Positions 59,701-64,000 of a stretch of DNA of 64,000 nt are shown here, in pieces; within the stretch, counting starts at the first letter, position 1, and each line of letters begins with the position of its first letter. The notes under the pieces are model-generated. The model worked only from the letters and a program-made list of their open reading frames with translations, was not told where the DNA came from and ran no database searches. This DNA is from Amoebophrya sp. A120 (taxonomy: Eukaryota; Protista; Dinoflagellata). Position numbers and translations under genes: made by a program. Location: assembly GCA_905178155.1 (NCBI GenBank), contig CAJINV010000003.1, forward strand, positions 11,929,426 to 11,993,425, in the 5' to 3' direction.

Positions 59701-62700
59701 TTTTGGAAAACGTGTTTTGCAGCACGCCCGAGACCGATCCTCCCGAAAAGCATTTTTGTCTCAACTTGCAAAACATCCCTCGTAGATAGTGCCTGCGAGA
59801 AGTGTTTTGCAAGGTCGGCCACACAATAAAAAAAGCGGCTTTTGGGTTCGGGCGTGCTACAGGGAATTTTTTTCCAATTCATACACGAGGCTCGTGCTAC
59901 TTGCCGAGGCGTGGCGCATCAAAATGCCCACAGACCTCCAATGGAGTGACGCATACGTATTTTGCCAATTGCATCATATTATCCATTGAAAAAGATAGAG
60001 ACCCAGAGCCAGACCCTCAGGCTCAGGCTCACCCTGTGCCTGTGCAGGGTCTGACTCTGTGTCTCTGAATCGCACTAGCACTCGCTGTCGCGCTCGTAGT
60101 AATTGCAATTCTGCTTGTGCAAGGGGAAGGGGTAGTGGATAGGATGGGATTGGGGTTGGGGAAGAGTAAGAGCTGCTCTTCCTTTTGCGCAGATGTGCAA
60201 GGGGAAAGCTGCTCTAGTACTTGCAGTAGTAGTGCTTGTTGTTGTTCAACAACAAGTGATTTGTTTTATTTGTATTCCCACTACCACCATGCGCCGCGTG
60301 GTGGTAGTACTAGTACTAGTAGCTAGGAGAAGCGCGAGTAGTAGTGCTAGTGCGATGCTTTTGCAGTCCATACACTTGAATAATGCCGGCAAAAGTGCAG
60401 TGCTCTGCATGTCGGCGTGTTTCGGCGAAAAACTCGACAAGACGGTCACAGCGGTCTCCAAGACCATTAACCTCTGGTTGGCCGAAAAATACAACACGGT
60501 TGTGCCCCGCCTTGGGGAGGAGGAGCGGAAGCTCCTCCAGCCGATAGGCGACATCTCGAAACAATTCGAGTTTCACAACCAATTGGCGGACGCCCAAGGT
60601 GTCCTCCGGGCGGTTGACCCCAAGCATGTGCTCCATGGCCACGCCGAGGAGGAGTACAGCAGATTGGCAGACATCGCAATCCGCGACGGGTGGGGGCCTG
60701 CTGAAAAAAAGCAGAGGAAGGTGACGCACTACGTCAGGAGCCGGTGGCTTTCGATCAACAACACCATCAAGGACATCATCCAACAGGCGGACAAGTATGC
60801 ACTGCAACAGTATCGCGCGACCTAGAGCGCATGGTCATTCTCCTATGCTTGCATATGCATTTGCGTTTAGATTTAGATTTTGATTTACTCGCGCAAATGC
60901 ATGGGCATGAGCTTCGCCTCTGTCTTTAGCATTCGAGAACGAGCACGCGTGGGCGTGCGATATTTTTGCACAGGATAGCAAAATTATCGTCACAATTCCG
61001 TTGCTGTACAAGAAGAACAACCTACAGGCGTGCAACAAGGCCCTGCTGTCCAGGGCATACAATGCGGATACCGATCCCAACTATGAAAAGGAAAACGAAA
61101 AGTAGTGCTGCGACAATCCCGCTGGCCGCTGCCCTCTTTCCCACCCCCACCCAATCCCGAACCCAATGCAAAGGCAAAACCAGAAACAAAATCTGACCCT
61201 GAACATGTACCCGTTGCGACTGCAACCACGCGCAGCCACAGTGGCTGTGCGTGGTCACAGTCACGCCAACTTCTCTTTTTGCATTTGGTAGGGTTAAGCT
61301 TGCCGCAGCGCAGGTTTTCGATTTCATAAGAGGTGGTGGTCCTGTATTTCGGCGCTGGACTCGGTTCTGGACTTTGTGACGGAGGCTAGCCGCCGGACAA
61401 TGCGACAGGCAGCTCTTTCTGCGAGTGGCTGCGACACGTACGAGCTGGCGCGGGCCGCCATGGTGCCGTTCACCGACGAGCAGTTTATCCGGCAGCTGGA
61501 GTTGAGTAGTTCGAAGTTCGACTTCGACGGGGACTCCTTCGGCCGGTGTATCTGCGGATACGGCCGGCTGATGAAAGAATTACGAGGCAGGCAAAGGGCC
61601 ATGGAGGAGTACCCGTACGCCCTATTCGGGCTTTGCACGGCGGGAAGAGTCCGAGCAACAGCACAGCGGTTACTTGAGCTGGGCCGGCGGAAAGAGTTGG
61701 ACCGGATCACGTTGGACCTATACGAGGACTTCTACTTCGAGCTGAGCGAGCTGGCAAACAACGCCGATCTCCCGGACGGTCCGGAACCCGACGCGCTTCC
61801 TTCCCTGTCCGAAAACCTGATGGCGGACCTCTGCCCCTTGTTGCATGCTTTGAGCTTAACAAGTCAAGAAGCAGAAGGCCTGAACTCCGAGACGACATCG
61901 GTGAAGCGCGAGGTGAACACGTTGATCGGGTCGGTCATGTCTTCGGCAAGGTATCTTTTTGAGTTTTGTTTTCTTCTATGTAGTAGGGATTCTCATTCTT
62001 TCACGGCCCATGGCCATGACCAAATCGAATAAGCACTACTACTACAGCATGTCCATGTCCATGTGGTGCTGGTGCAGTTCCAGTCCCACTCCCATCGTCA
62101 GTTCCAACCCCGCTATGTCTCTGTGATGCGCGGGGCACTAAGGGTTAGGATGTCCCGTTTTAAAAGTCTTGACTTTGCAACTAAGTTGAGTGAGTCTCGC
62201 CGTCGCCGTCGCCATCTACATCTTGAACTTGGAATTAAATTGAATCAGGTTTTTCATCCGGGCAAACCTGCGGCTCTCCTGGGAACAGTATTTTTTTGCG
62301 TACCAGCGGGTCAGTGCTAACTACGCCACACGGTACGGCAAACACAGGAAGTTCATGCCCGAGGTCGGGCTGGTCCTTTTCAGTGACAACTGCCACGTGG
62401 TGATGGACAAGGACGTGGCGCCCAGAATGTACACCCCGCCGCAGCCGATTACGGGAGCAAAGTCCACTCGGCTTCACTCCTTCGCGGTAGATACAGAAGT
62501 TTTTCGACTACGGCCGGGCGTTTTGCTGGCATTCGAGGTCGACGAGAGGGAGGACTGCCAGTTCCTGGTGCTCGACGTCACCGCGAATGACGCGCTGGTG
62601 TGTGCTGTTGATTGCAACTCCGAGGGGGATTACTTCGTCGACCTCAACAAAACTTCTCTCTTTTCCGAGGTGGTTTTCAAGAAGAACTGCTGGTACGACC

Positions 62701-63871
62701 ACAAGGCCCATAGAAACATCCAGCGCCGGGGCTGTTTACCAGACGCGCCGCGGGCTGGTAAGGAAAACCACAACAGCATCGGAGCCGGACTTGCGGCGGC
62801 GCGGGTAGTGGCCGACAGGGAACAACCGAGCGAACGGGAGAAGTTTGAAGCGCTTCTTGAGGGGTCTCATCAAATGCCGCCACTGCGCATACCAGGGAAA
62901 GGCACGGTTCCGAAGCTTACCGGTCCGAAAGCGAAGGCGAAGGCGAGCCGGGAAAAGGAGAAGACCGAGTTGCAATTGGTACAGATAGGCATAAGTATTG
63001 TTTTAGTCTTCCCTATTTTCAAGATCAAGCTCAGCTTCATGGTAGTCCCACTCCCAGTCCCATTCTACCACAACCATATCCATCGCGTCATCTCAGTTGC
63101 ATTTACATACTATTTGCAACTGCCTTTCCTTGGATGAAAAAGTAAAAGAAAAAGATAAAATAAACTTTTCAGGTGCACGAGCAGCGACATCCGAGCAATA
63201 GCAGCTCTTCATCTTCTTCGTCGTCTAGCTCAAGCTCCTCTTCTTCGTCATCCTCGAGATCTAGCGCGGGCCCATCCTCCGCGAATCTGGGTGGCAAGGC
63301 AAGTTTGTTCAACGCCGGATCGAGCAGTGCGGCGGCCTCTTTTCTGCGTAAGAACACAAGCAAAACGAAAACAGCAGTCAGCAAGGCCTCCTCCTCTTCT
63401 CGCGCTGCGTCTGGATTCGGAGGAACTGCGACTTTCGGGGGAGTGTTGGTGCAGAAGAAAAACAGCAAGCAGAAACCGAAAGCAAAGGCCGCCGGCAAGA
63501 AGGAGTTGGTGTTGAACGACGAGACACAGGGTCAGGAACTAGCAGCTCCTGCGAGCGGAAAGAAACAGAAAGAAAAATCGAACGAGGGGATTGTTAACGA
63601 TTCTGGTGCAACAGCAACTGATCAAGACTATTGCCACGTGTGGATGAAAGTGTGCGACTTCAAGTTGTTTTATTGGGACCGGGAATCGAGGCAGCTCCGG
63701 TACAACGAATCCGAGAAGTGGAAGGAGCTCTTCAAGCTCCGCGCCGAGGCCGGGAAGTCTAACAAGGAGGATTCCCGCAAATTCCGGTATCGGATGCAAT
63801 TTGGGCAGTCCTCGGAGTACAGCTTGAAATCCGTCATGAAACAAAGAAGGCTACGCACTGCAAAACTGTGA
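56763..63871 (+). CDS. hAT-like DDE transposase, 10 exons (56763-58191, 58442-58543, 58635-59205, 59545-59696, 59889-59979, 60378-60795, 60983-61081, 61334-61950, 62249-62978, 63173-63871), about 1635 aa
   Basis: The spliced frame is open (4908 nt). hAT motifs appear in canonical order: FRITSDATP (D1, about 59069), GVADCGSEMVKA (D2, about 59663), FCQLHHLNN (CxxH, about 59963), VRSRWLS (RW, about 60742), WW.CISALDSVL, LSLTSQEAEGLNS (E, about 61874). Confidence 0.82.
58192..58436. mobile_element. Introner in the transposase gene
   Basis: TATGTAATGCAAAAGCTAAAGCA / TGCTTTTACTTTTGCACAGGATA; direct repeat ACCGG/AGCGG. Confidence 0.85.
58544..58629. mobile_element. Minimal 86-bp fold-back introner in the transposase gene
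   Basis: TATCCTAAGCAAAAATGCCCTCGCTCCATAGCCAGCAACGCT pairs with AGCGTTGCAGCTATCGGGTGGGGATGTCTTTGCTCAGCATA; direct repeat GCTGA/GCTAA. Confidence 0.9.
59206..59539. mobile_element. Introner in the transposase gene
   Basis: TACGAGAGTGCACAGCC / GGTTGTGCATTCGCATA; direct repeat AACAT/ACAAT; joins DNI|LDDLF. Confidence 0.8.
59697..59883. mobile_element. Introner in the transposase gene
   Basis: TATCTTTTGGAAAA / TTTTCCAATTCATA; frame restored. Confidence 0.8.
59980..60372. mobile_element. Introner in the transposase gene, just after the CxxH motif
   Basis: TATCCATTGAAAAAG / CTTTTGCAGTCCATA; direct repeat CATAT/CACTT; joins CQLHH|LNN. Confidence 0.8.
60796..60977. mobile_element. Introner in the transposase gene
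   Basis: TATGCACTGCAACAGTATCGCGCG / CGTGCGATATTTTTGCACAGGATA; direct repeat ACAAG/GCAAA. Confidence 0.85.
61082..61328. mobile_element. Introner in the transposase gene
   Basis: TATGAAAAGGAAAAC...GCTGCGACAA / TTGCCGCAGC...GTTTTCGATTTCATA; the direct repeat is not conserved but the frame is restored. Confidence 0.8.
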
Positions 63872-63944
63872 CTATCTGCTTCTGCAACAGCATCAGCTTC
63901 AACACGAGCTCGAGCACGGGGAAACGCACAGTCGAAGCGACAAA

Positions 63945-64000
63945 GTGCCTGCGCGTGCGCGCCTGCGCGTGCGCGCGCCCGCACGTGCGCGCGCCCGCAC
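63945..64000. repeat. GC-alternating simple repeat running off the window end
   Basis: GCCTGCGCGTGCGC and GTGCGCGCGCCCGCAC tandem units. Confidence 0.8.

Noticed and set aside
1-64000. tRNA, rRNA or dinoflagellate spliced-leader genes
   Set aside because: None recognised by eye; tRNAscan-SE or Infernal would be needed to exclude them.

Overview
Eukaryotic, intron-rich genomic DNA. It most resembles the parasitic dinoflagellate Amoebophrya (Syndiniales), inferred from its non-canonical inverted-repeat introns. About 35 introns are TIR-bounded elements (TAT...ATA ends, usually with a 5-nt direct repeat). Removing the element plus one repeat copy restores the reading frame in all 34 elements listed individually; one more junction (about 18734-19048) did not fit the 5-nt rule. 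Genes reconstructed by hand: a secreted hypothetical protein, a 1039-aa internally repeated protein, an EF-hand membrane protein, a WD40 protein, a membrane-anchored and apparently circularly permuted GH45 endoglucanase (15 exons), a small membrane protein, a tandem-repeat protein and CEP19. At the right end lies a ~1635-aa hAT-like DDE transposase gene that is itself split by seven of these introners and is a candidate for the enzyme that mobilises them. The middle (about 32-46 kb) is gene-poor, with decayed repeats and pseudogene-like fragments. All calls come from reading the sequence by eye; no searches were run.
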